From the NCBI GenBank assembly GCA_029953675.1, contig JAMWBK010000001.1, positions 1,364,001-1,428,000 of the forward strand: a DNA stretch of 64,000 bases, read 5' to 3'. The DNA comes from Rhodosorus marinus CCMP1338. Taxonomy: Eukaryota; Plantae; Rhodophyta. The translations under genes and the position numbers were made by a program. Position 1 is the stretch's first letter, and each line of letters begins with the position of its first letter. The notes under the pieces are model-generated. The model had not been told where the DNA came from. It saw only the letters and a list, made by a program, of their open reading frames with translations, and did not search any database. Of the stretch, positions 47,101 through 57,002 are shown in pieces.

Positions 47101-47439
47101 CCAGACCATGGAGACTTCTTCTTTCTGGAGATTCAGGTATTTGCGGAGAGTGATGGGAAGCGTGGCGCCTCCACTGTTCAAATACGCCCGTCTACTGCTT
47201 CAGTGACTGTCACCACGATGCCGCCTGGTTTAACAGTATCTTCCGATTCATTATCTGGACCATCTCCACTCCGTTCTATCACTGTGGTGGGCTCTAATTT
47301 CACAATCAACGCTGTGGAAAGAGGTCGCGGTAAACGATTCGCTTTTTGGGATGATGACAAGAAGCTCGGACCCGCTCGCTCCTTGCTCTTCAACACGAAA
47401 GGAAGTCGTACCTACAACGCAGTCTACCATGATGGGTGA
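44152..47439 (+). CDS. Divergent secreted GSDH/Big_5/NPCBM/Big_5 protein, copy 4
   Basis: ATG at 44152 followed by signal peptide MGKIVRFWAALAILAGLTRG. Motifs SHNMGGLVMSPDGRIFVGIGD, GVRNPFR, NYAWP, DLAGNGL, HCQTICHRH..PDHGD. Confidence 0.87.
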   Translation: MGKIVRFWAALAILAGLTRGLVFDAEDLVSTVAVEGDFQSILDLDWIPGDVSRLVLCEKRGLVWLVIDGALQSKPLLDISDEIVNFGARGLTACMVDVDFENHPYFYVSYVDNRLAKTDFRTGTKGAIIAKYEVNSDLSEAVNPVILMGSQAPPASGCSDPHIAKRDNICLEDRSHNMGGLVMSPDGRIFVGIGDAASVSQFTELQIRAQNLDYKTGKVHCITRTGVACADNPFIRNGNRTTNRATVWNFGVRNPFRMGWDPVLQIPLIANVGMAAWESIWPGYPGFNYAWPCREAQRTNLKATSYEICEQMKRGDIEVDSDRSLWDYSHELGAAATGVVRLHSDKWPAQLRNKIAVADYTNSWVKLIEVDKNGLIGSHVDFISEAGGPVQLKEGPDGWLYMVSILTQQVIRIEYRVNTSRPEVVRVDPPPSFRKSELTSEISVKFSKNIDFSTVRKESMRIVKTSTLTRVPVEYSWRRATNTVTARPLEILESNMRYKLTVTTEITDTAGRKLQSDFTSFFRTGTGFALQVSGLEWISSTNGNSEYRVFRDKQFPTFAIDVPPLRIRGTIFEDGIAMIASGSVEVEVPRGCTRLQTYAGVDDVVQLFDSPGIFFFVRKRTSNGVRTLHRNDLPVLRTDRPLFIDVDVTGANSVILETVKPNATTRNNAIATWGSPKFRCGGYDDDKASVASIMPTGVIGIRASVTVNFSESMDIASTTAATQMLLPIALGGYIIGFKTEFSRDQKTMILTPNQPLDYDTEYTLTVKETAMDLAGNGLKNTVVRTFKTEAVDLSGDVFQLVDVKTQAIRNPQNVVIWREGHEMRIEAGTDVDYLVPGKCGLLNLSVTSKWGPVWVSVRDSAGDRICGTGRIPENKSVDLSCDISAQAWIRLVIRGSGRAHIYRSTIDCRSGSLNPRCEFGDEIPNEFRIGDVVRFSAKCYDYKGALINRRALFWIVSLIHCQTICHRHEELTEEGVSGGIYEVPDHGDFFFLEIQVFAESDGKRGASTVQIRPSTASVTVTTMPPGLTVSSDSLSGPSPLRSITVVGSNFTINAVERGRGKRFAFWDDDKKLGPARSLLFNTKGSRTYNAVYHDG

Positions 47440-47739
47440 GGTTATTATTTCTCGGGTGACCTTGCGAGACCATGACTCGGACCATCGACATGCTTGATTT
47501 GAGAGACTGACTACAGCTCGGCAGACATCTTTGACATACCGCGGAGCGACGGAGCAGAGTAGTTGATCGCAGCAGATAGGGTTCTTCAGAAAGTGTTATA
47601 CGCTTCTTTGCGTGAAGCGCTCTAATTGAAGAACTTCAAGGTCGTGCGGAGCGATGCAATGAAAAACGGCACCGTAGAAGGAAATTCTGTCAGGATTTAG
47701 CTTCATCCCAAAATAGTCGTTTGGTGGTTTGGTTTAGCT

Positions 47740-47950
47740 GGTGGTTGCGAGCCTTGGCTAGCATGCTCTAATAAGATTGCTATAAAGCGACACTGATCTG
47801 GCGTAGGAGCACTAGATATTGGCAGGATGGTCCCACATGTCCTAGAAGTCCCGTCCCAGGTTGACGGACCAAAGTACTTTGGCCTTTTCTCTCGAGCGCA
47901 GCGAGAGGTTAAGAGAGCGTTTTCAGTTGTTTTGAGTCCCATGTATGTTT
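47740..47950 (-). mobile_element. Possible Ty3/Gypsy integrase C-terminal relic
   Basis: KRPKYFGP.....T.LP.SS resembles the KL.PKY.GPF...Y.L.LP motif. Highly degenerate. Confidence 0.3.
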
Positions 47951-48223
47951 CGAGGTGTGGCAGTCACACGTTTTTGTGCCCGCTTTCCGTGTTCTCTCCC
48001 CTATTTGGGGCTGGTGCGACAGGGAGACGGTGCTCCCCGGAATATTCTAGAGCTCCGCTTCTTTTCAAATCCTTTCGGGTCTGATGAGTTCCCTCCTCTG
48101 TTGTGATGCAACTGACTGAGCCCCTCGATAGTGGACTGTGCAGACTCACAGGAATTGGGTGGCCCATCAAATAGTAAACACGACTAACAAAGGTCGTGTT
48201 ACTAAGGCCCAGTAAAACCACGC

Positions 48224-51200
48224 AGATCTCCTCGTATCCGATGCAGCCGCCACACGCTCAGCATACGTTGATCTCGCGATTATATGCCCTGTGGCAAGCG
48301 CCCATCTCACGGCTGCCGCCCGCCGCCAGGGAGCAGCTGCTTCGGCCCTTCGCCGCGTGAAGGCACGACGGTATGCTGAGAGTATGGCCAGTCTGCCTCG
48401 CGCTGAGGGTCGCTCCCACCGGTTCCAGCCTTTCATTGTGGAAAGCTTTGGTCACGTGGAGAAAGCGGGTTTGGAGTGGTTGCGGAAATGTTTCACTGAG
48501 CAACCTGTTGAATACTTGGAACTTTTGCGGCGTTTAAGTGTCTCTCTGTGGCGATATTCGAGCAGCATGCTTGCCGAGGCGCGCCATCGGCGCCCGGGTT
48601 TGCACGCTTCCCTACCTAGTTCAAATTCGGACGAGAATTTGAATTGCACCAGAGTGGCAGCGTTGGCTGAAGGCAGTCAACATCAGGTCAATCAACATGA
48701 ACCTGTCCCGGGACAGGCGAGGGCGGTTGCTTCTGCGCGGGACAGTACGACGTCGGGGAGCGGCAGGCCGGGCCAAAACGCGCCTCAGCGCTCGGGGACT
48801 CGAGGCAATGGTGGTGGTGACTGTGCGGCAACCGGTGTGGAGGAGACTGCAGCTGTGGACTTCCCTCTCTTGGACCAGCCCTCAGGTGGTCACCAGCCCC
48901 CGGCTACTTCGGGGGCACGTGGTGGCCGCAAGGGGGGTGCTTCGTACGCATCAGTCTTGCGGAAGGGCACCACTGCCACACGTACGGCGGCTATGCTCCG
49001 TTTCATACCATCTCGCGAGCCTCAGGATGGACCTGTGGAGACCACTCTCCAATTTCTGTGGGTGCGAAATGTCCGGCCCCAGACTACACGAGGACAGGTT
49101 CCGTCTATGCGAGACTTCCGGGACACTTTTGCGGAATCGTTAGGGTGCAGCCGGGGTGATTTCTTCTTCGCAAACTATGAGGGCCGCGATGTGCTGTTTT
49201 TGGTCTCCGCAACCGCCGCCAAGTACCTGGAGGCCTTGCTGGCGAAGCCTACCGAGCAGTGGCCTGAGACCGCCCGGTGGCTGCGCTGCAACCCGCAGGT
49301 GGTTTTGCACTTCGATTTTGACCGTTTCTCGGGCAATTTCCTGTCTCCGGGAGAAACGGCAGGGCTCTCTGAGCATGAGAGCAGCGTGAAGGCGGCAGCG
49401 ATCCATTGGCTACGGATTCAGCGCCTTGAGAGGATCTTGTTGGAGCGGTTCCGGTCGGGCCCTCGTCACCTGCGCATGGCGGTGTCCAGCTTCTTCGATC
49501 TGGAGAGGCGACTTGTGCTATCTTCGCGCTACAAGACAGAGCTGCAGCGGTTGAGGATTTTGGAGGGCTCTGCTTCCAGCACCACTTCCAGCGAGAGTGG
49601 TGAGGCAGGGGAGCAGACTGAGGGCATGGCGGTGGAGGACGCCCAGGTTACTTTGCTGAAGCCCGCGGGATCCGTTCCGCGAGCCTCGCGGAGTGGGCGG
49701 CTCACGACTTTGGTGCGGATAGGAGGTAAGAGCCCGAGGACCGACTCCCCCGGGTCTAAGGGGGAGAAGCACGATTAGCGCTCCAGGCACGGCTGCGAGG
49801 TCGCAGCCTATGGATCTACAGTCTTATGTCCTGAAGGAGGGTGGAGACTGGGGCATTTGGCGTACGCGCTTTCGGAGTTGGCCCCGGCGGTGGATTTCTT
49901 TGGAAGGAGGCTCGCTTCCCCTCCGTGTGGGCATTCCCCCTGTCGTCCTTCGTCGTGGAGACCTTCTAGTAGCTGGAACCATTCTCGATTTCATCTTCAC
50001 GAGCCTGGCTCGTAACATTCGGGACACAGTCATTTGGGTTTTTCTGGGGGTCATGCCGCGCCTGATTCTGGCCCCCATTCACACATCGGAGCGCAGATGG
50101 CGAGTACGAGACCGATTGGCCCTGTTCTTGAAGGGAGACCTCGAAGTACTACAGCGCAGCTATTTGGCGTCGTCAGCACCATCCGCCCGTCGGACTCGGC
50201 ATGGCACAGTGTCGCCCGTGCCGGCTCGAGTACAGAAATTGGTAGCAGTGGGCGATTTAAGTCGAGCGGCGCGGGTTTTGGAGGGCCAGGCGCCTGTCCT
50301 CCCCTACGATGATAGTCTCGCCCAGACGGTGTGGTCTTTGTTCCCTGAGTCCGACGTGGACTTGTCCCCTGAATTCCGAGGTATTCTTGGACCGTCCGGA
50401 GTTGGCCAGGTTTTGCATCGGTCTGACGCTCAGTGTGTCTGACCTGGAGGATTTGCTTCGTACCTCGCGTCGGGGACGCTGTCCCGGACCCTCTGGACTA
50501 AGAACAGAGCTATTGCAGGCCCTGAGCCAGCCTGGCCAGAGCGCGCTTTGTCAGGGATGTGAGAGCCGGATTGACGCTTGTGGCTACCACTTCCTGGGTT
50601 CCTGCGGACTTTTGAGAGGTCTCCGTACGAGGCGTCACACTCGCCTCAAGTACATCCTCAGCGAATTTTTGACTCGGATAGGGCATACGGTTGAGGTTGA
50701 GTCGGAACTGCGCCGATCAATCTCGGACTCTGCACCGCCCCGTTGTATAGCCGATCTCCTCGTCTCCGACGCTGCTGCCAGACGCTCAACATATGTGGAC
50801 CTTGCGATTACCTGCCCCGTGGCCAGCGCCCACCTCACCGCAGCCGCCCGCCGCCGGGGGGCCGCGGCTTCAGCCCTTCGAAGAGTTAAGGAACGACGGT
50901 ATGCTGAGAGCATGGCCAGTCTGCCTTGCGCTGAGGGTCGCTCTCACCGGTTCCAGCCATTCATTGTGGAAAGCTTTGGTCACGTGGATAAGTCGGGTTT
51001 AGAGTGGTTGCGGAAATGTTTTGCTGAGCATCCTACTGAATATTTGGCGCTCTTGAGGCGTTTAAGTGTCTCCCTTTGGCGATATTCCAGCGACATGCTT
51101 TCCGAGGCGCGCCATCGGCGCCTGGGGTTGCATGCTTCCCTCCCTAGTTATTAGTTCATCTTCACGCCTTGCGTAGCGCTTCAGGCTATGCTAGTAAAGT

Positions 51201-51250
51201 TCCTTTTAACGGTTTGCGTGGCGCTGTAGGCTATGCTAATAAAGCCAAGC
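48224..51250 (+). mobile_element. Family A2 3' fragment interrupted at its stop codon by an RT-less family A1 derivative (48623-51197)
   Basis: The A2 tail resumes at 51203 (ttcctttt.acggtttgcg). AGTTC occurs at 48618-48622 and 51198-51202. The insert has ORF1, the ORF2 N-terminus and the RLE domain, with ~1.7 kb including RT deleted at ~50547. Confidence 0.85.
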
Positions 51251-51289
51251 CATTGAAGAAGACGAAAGCTGTTTAATCGGACTTATTCG

Positions 51290-51540
51290 TGCTTCCGCTC
51301 TAGCTCATCGCCTGGTACCTCTGGTCATTGAGTGCTTTGGGTTTATGGATTCCGTTAGTTCTCACTGGCTTCGGGAAGTGTTCCGCGAACGCCCTGATCG
51401 TCTATCCTCGTTGTTTACCAGTCTAAGTTTCTCGCTGTGGCGTCTGAACGCTGCTTTGATGTTGGAGGGGCGCGATCTTCGCCGCAGCTTATGTTGTTGT
51501 TTTTTTTCCCTCGGGTTTCATTCAGTCTCCTATTAAACAA
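51290..51540 (+). mobile_element. Family B degenerate 3' fragment
   Basis: gtgcttccgctctagctcatcgcc...tttgatgttggag...tattaaac. Confidence 0.8.
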
Positions 51541-51939
51541 ATTCAGTAATTCCTCGGCCACCCACATAAACTTCCCCGTTTTCGCGGGTTTACTCACTTC
51601 TGGGTCGTCAACCGCAAAAAACCCCGGCCCACTTGGCACAACCTACAGTTGGCCGGGGTCACGACCGGTTGTAGCTCGAGTGAGAACTAGGGGGTGTGGA
51701 CATCTACCTCATCTTCGTGGGGCCATCTTGTACTTCGTAGACGATCTGTCCCAGCAAGGTTGCAGTCGCTTGGCGCTCTTCCGCGGAGGCGGAGGGGTGT
51801 TGAGAGTTAGAATGGGATGCACTGCCACAGGCGGGAAACCGAGCATGGATCAGTTCCTGTTGTAATCGGTGCGGGGATGGCAGATCTGAGGAGGCAGGTG
51901 GAATCACTCGCGGTAGCTTGAGGAGTGAGACCCATCTTT

Positions 51940-53284
51940 TGGCCTCCCATTGCGATTGGGGGGACTGGGCCTCTGCAATCGTGTTGTGGTCCAACCTGCA
52001 GCCGCAGTAGGGGCCTGGGGAACCGCACTTCCCACTTTGAGCAGCTTGGGTATCTCGAAGTTCCGCAATTTGATGGCGAGCCTCTCGCGGGGTGTCTTGC
52101 TTCCCAGCGTACCGGAAAGCGCCCAAGACTTGTTTCTGGAGCTCCAAACCGCCCTGAATTCCTGTACTAGTCTCCCCGAAACCGTTCAACCCCGTCTTCC
52201 TGACTGGCGAGCTGTATTTGACCGCTGTCGAGGCTCCGCCCCGGGGATTCGTCCTGCGCCTGAACCTGTTCTAGGGGAGATTGACCCAGTGGTTGCCGCA
52301 GAAGAAGAAGTTCCAGTTGATCCTCCTGATGATTCCCAGCGCGCTGGGAGCCGAGCTCAAGCACGCACGGATGCGCTGCAAAATATCCTTTCTTGGGACT
52401 TGCACCGTGCTGCATATGGCCGACTCCTCGCGCAGATGGTCTCATCTTCTCGCGCTCGCGCCCGCCTACGTAGTCTTGGAGGGGTTATTAGCTCTCAGTG
52501 GCTCATGACCGTACCAGCCTTTCCGCCACTCACACTGTCGGATTTCGAAGTGCGTACTTCACTGCGCTTATACCTCGGCTTACATCAGCCCCCTTGGCCG
52601 TACGAGATGGGTTCGTCGTGCCCTCTCTGCTCTCAGACTGAAGACAACGCAGATTTTGGCGCCCACCTGCTCGCTAGTTGCCCGGCGGTGAAATGTGCTC
52701 GAACCCGCCGCCACACACGGATCTTGAACCTGTTATACCGGGAACTTCGGCCTATAGTCCGGCAAGCCGGTCTGGAAATCGAACGTGAGAAACCTTTACC
52801 CGTCGCGGACTTTCAAAATGATGAACGCCGTGTAGCCGACCTGGTGATCACCTGTGACGACAGCCGCCGTACCACATACGTTGATCTTGCTGTTCCTAAC
52901 CCTCAAGCTAGTCGTTATCTCCCGGCTGCGGGGGAGCGCCGTGGATCTGCCGCCGCCAGCATGAGACGCCGCAAAGAGATCAAATACGCGGGGGCTTTGT
53001 CTTCCCCTGGTGTTCGTGCTTCGGCACTAGCACATCGCTTTGTACCCCTGATCATTGAGTGCTTTGGGTTCATGGACTCTGTTGGTTCTCGCTGGCTTCG
53101 GGAGTTGTTCCGCGAACGCCCTGACCGTCTTCAATCGTTGTTTACCCGCTTAAGTTTCCTGCTGTGGCGCATGAATGCCGCTTTGATGTTGGAGGCGCGA
53201 GTACTTCGCCGCGCTTAGTCTTTTTTTCCCCTCGGGGTTTTATTTTTCAGCCTCCGATTAAACCATTCGTTCGTTCGTTCGTTC
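51940..53284 (+). mobile_element. Family B non-LTR retrotransposon, longest fragment (post-RT region and RLE), tail (TTCG)n
   Basis: LPLRLGGLGL...AAVGAW, CPLCSQ...DFGAHLLASC, RRH, ADL, YVDL, K..KY, LIIECFG. 3'UTR tttttcccctcggggtttt..ccgattaaaccattcgttcgttcgttc. Confidence 0.93.
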
Positions 53285-54515
53285 GATAACCGCCGCTTGC
53301 TGACCGCAAGTGTATGGCTCGTCACATTTCTTCGCACCTGACGCTGTTGGTGGTTGTCCGTCTGGCAAGGCCCCTTCTTTGAAAACGCCGAGTGCTGATT
53401 CTGAGAAACGTATGCCATGAGCGCGTCAGGTGGCGACTCGCAGAGTATCCACACGGCGAAGCCTTTACGAACGACATGGATTGGATTAGTTTGGACTTGT
53501 TGTTGTAAATTGGCGTGCGCAAGCCACTAGCAACACATAAGCCCCTTCAAAAAAGAAGAATAAACAGCAGAGTCTCGCGGCTGGTTTTGAAATTCAAAAG
53601 AGACCGCGGCTGAGAAATGACCCTGGCCAATGGAAAACCCGTTTGAAGTCACATGTGCAGCCCTTTGGTGTGGTTCTACACGAACCATTCTGGCGTTAGG
53701 AGTTTGGCCTGTGTCATGATTCATCTAGGATTGCCAGTGTTTGATGATCGTGCACACGAAACTTCTTGAAAAAAACAACGAGACGAGCCCTCATCAAACG
53801 GCATCAACTCTCTTTCCATCAAGGTATTGCAAAATGCAAAGATCGGCTGATGTTGTCGAACCCTCCCCCGGGCAACGGCAGCGAAGCACATTCGACGATA
53901 AAATTCGATGCTCGTGGTTGAGGGCGGTTCTTGCCTTTTCATCTACCGTAGTCGTAGAATCGCCAGCAACAATCTTGTTGATCCCCGAGCAGATGGCTAG
54001 AACTGATGAATGCTGAAGTTGGGTTTTGGGTGGCTCTCTTTCCACCTGACGAAAACAAGGACCGTAGCGATTGTATCCCTCAGCCATTTCAACCAGCGCG
54101 TTTGCGTGTTCTGTTTTTTCGTTCGCACCATCTGCTTTCGGTGGTTTGACGAGCGCAACTATGAGCAAATCTCTTACATTCTTGTTTCCCAAGAGAAACG
54201 GCCACCTGCCTTCTGGTAAGATGTGGAGCTAGAACATAGTTGTTGATGAAGTTGACATCGAGGGTAGCCAACTTGACTCTGGTTGATTGGTGGAGTTAGC
54301 TGTTGGCGGTAGTAGTTTTACTAGTTCGCCCTCGTCGTGGCTACCGTCGTTCTCGTTCCATCCCTCATGCTTTCGAAGCAGTTGAGCAAAGCGATAAAAG
54401 GAGTCAAGTGGGAGTTTACGATATCTTCAACCGTGCGAATGATCGGCAATGTGAAAAGGAGGTGTAGGAAAATATACATGGTCCAGACGGAAGCTGACGA
54501 GGAAATTGAGAGGCA

Positions 54516-55029
54516 ATGAAGGTGCTTGCGAGGGTGTTGTTTGTTTTGCTGTCACTGGCGGCGTACTCACTCGCTTCGCCTGTGATGAAATCGCACTTTG
54601 AAGCTGTTGAGGTCGCTGAGGTCGCTCGGCCGGTTGTTCTGGGGCTAGACTGTCTTGAGAGCTGTATTGACAACTGCGACTATATGTACACAAAATACAG
54701 TTCGTCGTGGTTCGTTTGTAAGAGAACCTGTAAGAACCTGTGTGGATCGTTTACCACCAAGCCGGATCCCACTCACGGTACCGACGACGATGGCGATGAT
54801 GATTCCGAGAACTTTCTCGAGCTCGCCTAATGATAAAGTCGAGTTAGGCACTTCCGGGTATGATTGTCTGGGGAGATGCGTCAAGGGCTGCGACGAAGAA
54901 TATGCCAAATATAGTTCATCATGGTTCGTATGTAAAAAGTCATGCAAGAACGTGTGCGGGTCGCTCAGGACGCCTCCGGATCCGACGCATGGCGATGATG
55001 GGGATGGCGAAACATTGTGGTCTGGTTAG
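54516..55029 (+). CDS. Secreted precursor with two CxxxCxxxC-x13-CxxxCxxxC modules; the second module (54826-55029) is in the +1 frame
   Basis: Signal peptide MKVLARVLFVLLSLAAYSLA. Module 1 CLESCIDNC..YSSSWFVCKRTCKNLC..PDPTHG; module 2 CLGRCVKGC..YSSSWFVCKKSCKNVC..PDPTHG. First frame stops at 54830. Confidence 0.78.
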
Positions 55030-55499
55030 CAGTAGTTTTGGTATGGCTTTCTAGAGCTCAGTTTATCGGGGAATGGTCAAGTTGTGGGGCTCTTCGCTCT
55101 CTGAGTAAGCTCATTGTGTCTAGATAAATCGATCCATGGCCAACGTCAAACCCGGTCTTTGCAAAATGAGCAAGCAACCGTGGTCATCCGACCACCAATG
55201 CGCCGAGGGCATCACCATATTTGGCTCGTTTCCCCGCTTCAGCATTGGCAGCGATATAGCCAGTTTGACAGACGGGGAGAGCGATCAGATGGGCGCGTAT
55301 ATGGGGACTCCCGCTTAACAAATTCATTCAACATCAAGAACACTCTGCATCCGGTACGATGATGACGAGCAACAATGTCTCGTCGGATACGGTTACCCGT
55401 AAAAAAGCTGGCTCAACCGAACCTCATGAATGAAACCACCATGAATGAGCCACCGCCATAAGTGATGCGCCAGGTCATCACAAATGAGACTATGACTCA

Positions 55500-56735
55500 A
55501 AGTCTAACTCCCGGCCGAAGTTGGGCGTTGGAATAAGCGTTGAATCCCATGTGGAAAGCCACCAATATTTGAGCTATCGGGAGGGGATGCCATCGGGAAT
55601 CGCAGTTGAGTTCCAATTCGAGGCTGCACGGTGTTCTGAGAAGCGGGAACAAGACGCTAATGACGCTACAACAAAAAGTAGCATTGGAACGCCAGAGTCT
55701 AAAGGACTACTCCGTGAGGGGGTTAGTCGTGTTGTGCCTGGTGTTCACAATCTCGCCCTATGGCAATACATTATGTTTCCGCAGTTGGTTCGGACAACTC
55801 CTCTGCCCTCCAGCTTCCTGCAAGAGAGATTCAATGTACGATGCTTAAATTCCGAACAATCAGCAGGAGCGATGAGTACATCCTACGAAGAAGACTGGAG
55901 GAGAGCCGTGGCGGAGGAGCTTAGCTCGTTAAGATCAAACAATACGAGGAGCTCATCAACAGTTGTTTGACTCGGGTAGGGCATACGGTTGAGGTGGAAT
56001 CGGAACTACCCTGATCGTTCTCGGATAGGGCACCGCCGCGCTGTATCGCAGATCTCCTTGTCTCCGATGCTGCCGCCAGACGCTCAGTTTATGTTGACCT
56101 CGCGATTACATGCCCTATGGCAAGCGCCCATCTCACGGCCGCCGTTCGCCGCCGGGGAGCAGCTGCTTCGGCCCTTCGCCGAGTGAAAGAACGACGGTAT
56201 GCTGAGAGTATGGCCAGTCTGCCTCGCGCTGAGGGTCGCTCCCGCCGGTTCCAGCCTTTCATTGTGGAAAGCTTTGGTCACGTGGAGAAGTCGGGTTTAG
56301 AGTGGTTGCGGAAATGTTTCACTGAGCATCCTGTTGAAATACTTGGAACTTTTGCGGCGTTTAAGTGTCTCTCTGTGGCGATATTCGAGCAGCATGCTTG
56401 CCGAGGCGCGCCATCGGCGCCTGGTTTTGCACGCTTCCCTACCTAGTTCTTAGTTCCTTTTCACGGTTTGCGTAGCGTTTCAGGCTATGTAGTAAAGCCC
56501 ATCAACAGTTCAGAAGTATCGATTGGGAAGAAAATTTTGCAGTCAAGCACCGTGCTGCAAGGGAAGCGAGCTCTAGACGGCTTTTTTCAACGCTTCAAAG
56601 TGAGAATAGTTGCGAAGGGTTTCACGCAACGAGGAGGTATCGATTACGAGGAACTTTCTCCCCATGGTCGATTCCTGTGGCTGCTGCATGTATAGCTCCT
56701 TTTTCAGAACTCCATTTAGACAAGCAATCTTAACA
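55500..56735 (+). mobile_element. Ty1/Copia pol relic (post-integrase and RT), interrupted and partly inverted
   Basis: WRRAVAEELSSLRSNNT, then KVRIVAKGFTQRGGIDYEELSP on the plus strand. VKIACLNGVLKKELYMQQP is on the minus strand at 56670-56735 and continues NIEQANVK at 61562-61590. Confidence 0.8.
55965..56499 (+). mobile_element. Family A2 3' fragment inserted in Copia RT
   Basis: 11-bp TSD CATCAACAGTT at 55954-55964 and 56500-56510. Confidence 0.92.
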
Positions 56736-57002
56736 CGGGAGGCTATGCTAGTAAGGAGTTGTTGTCGAGGATTGGGGTTTTGTTTCTTTTTCGGTCGCGA
56801 GCGTGTTCGTTTACGGGAAGCGCTTCCTCTGGTACGCCTTCCCCTCGATTTTCCGCGGGGCGTCGTTTGCATTTGCAACCACTTCTGTCTTCCGGGTGGG
56901 TGTGTTGCGGGGCCTTTCCTATTTGGGTTGGGTTTGGTCGATTATTCTCTCGGTGCGGTTTCATATTGGTGGTGCAACGTTTCCTTTGCGGATTCCCTCA
57001 GG

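Noticed and set aside
48291-49778. 495-aa ORF fusing the RLE C-terminus to ORF1
   Set aside because: An accidental in-frame junction produced by a nested insertion at the A2 stop codon, not a conserved gene.
53300-54300. Short minus-strand ORFs (e.g. 53794-54192) as a possible spliced gene
   Set aside because: No recognisable motifs or clear splice structure; left unannotated.
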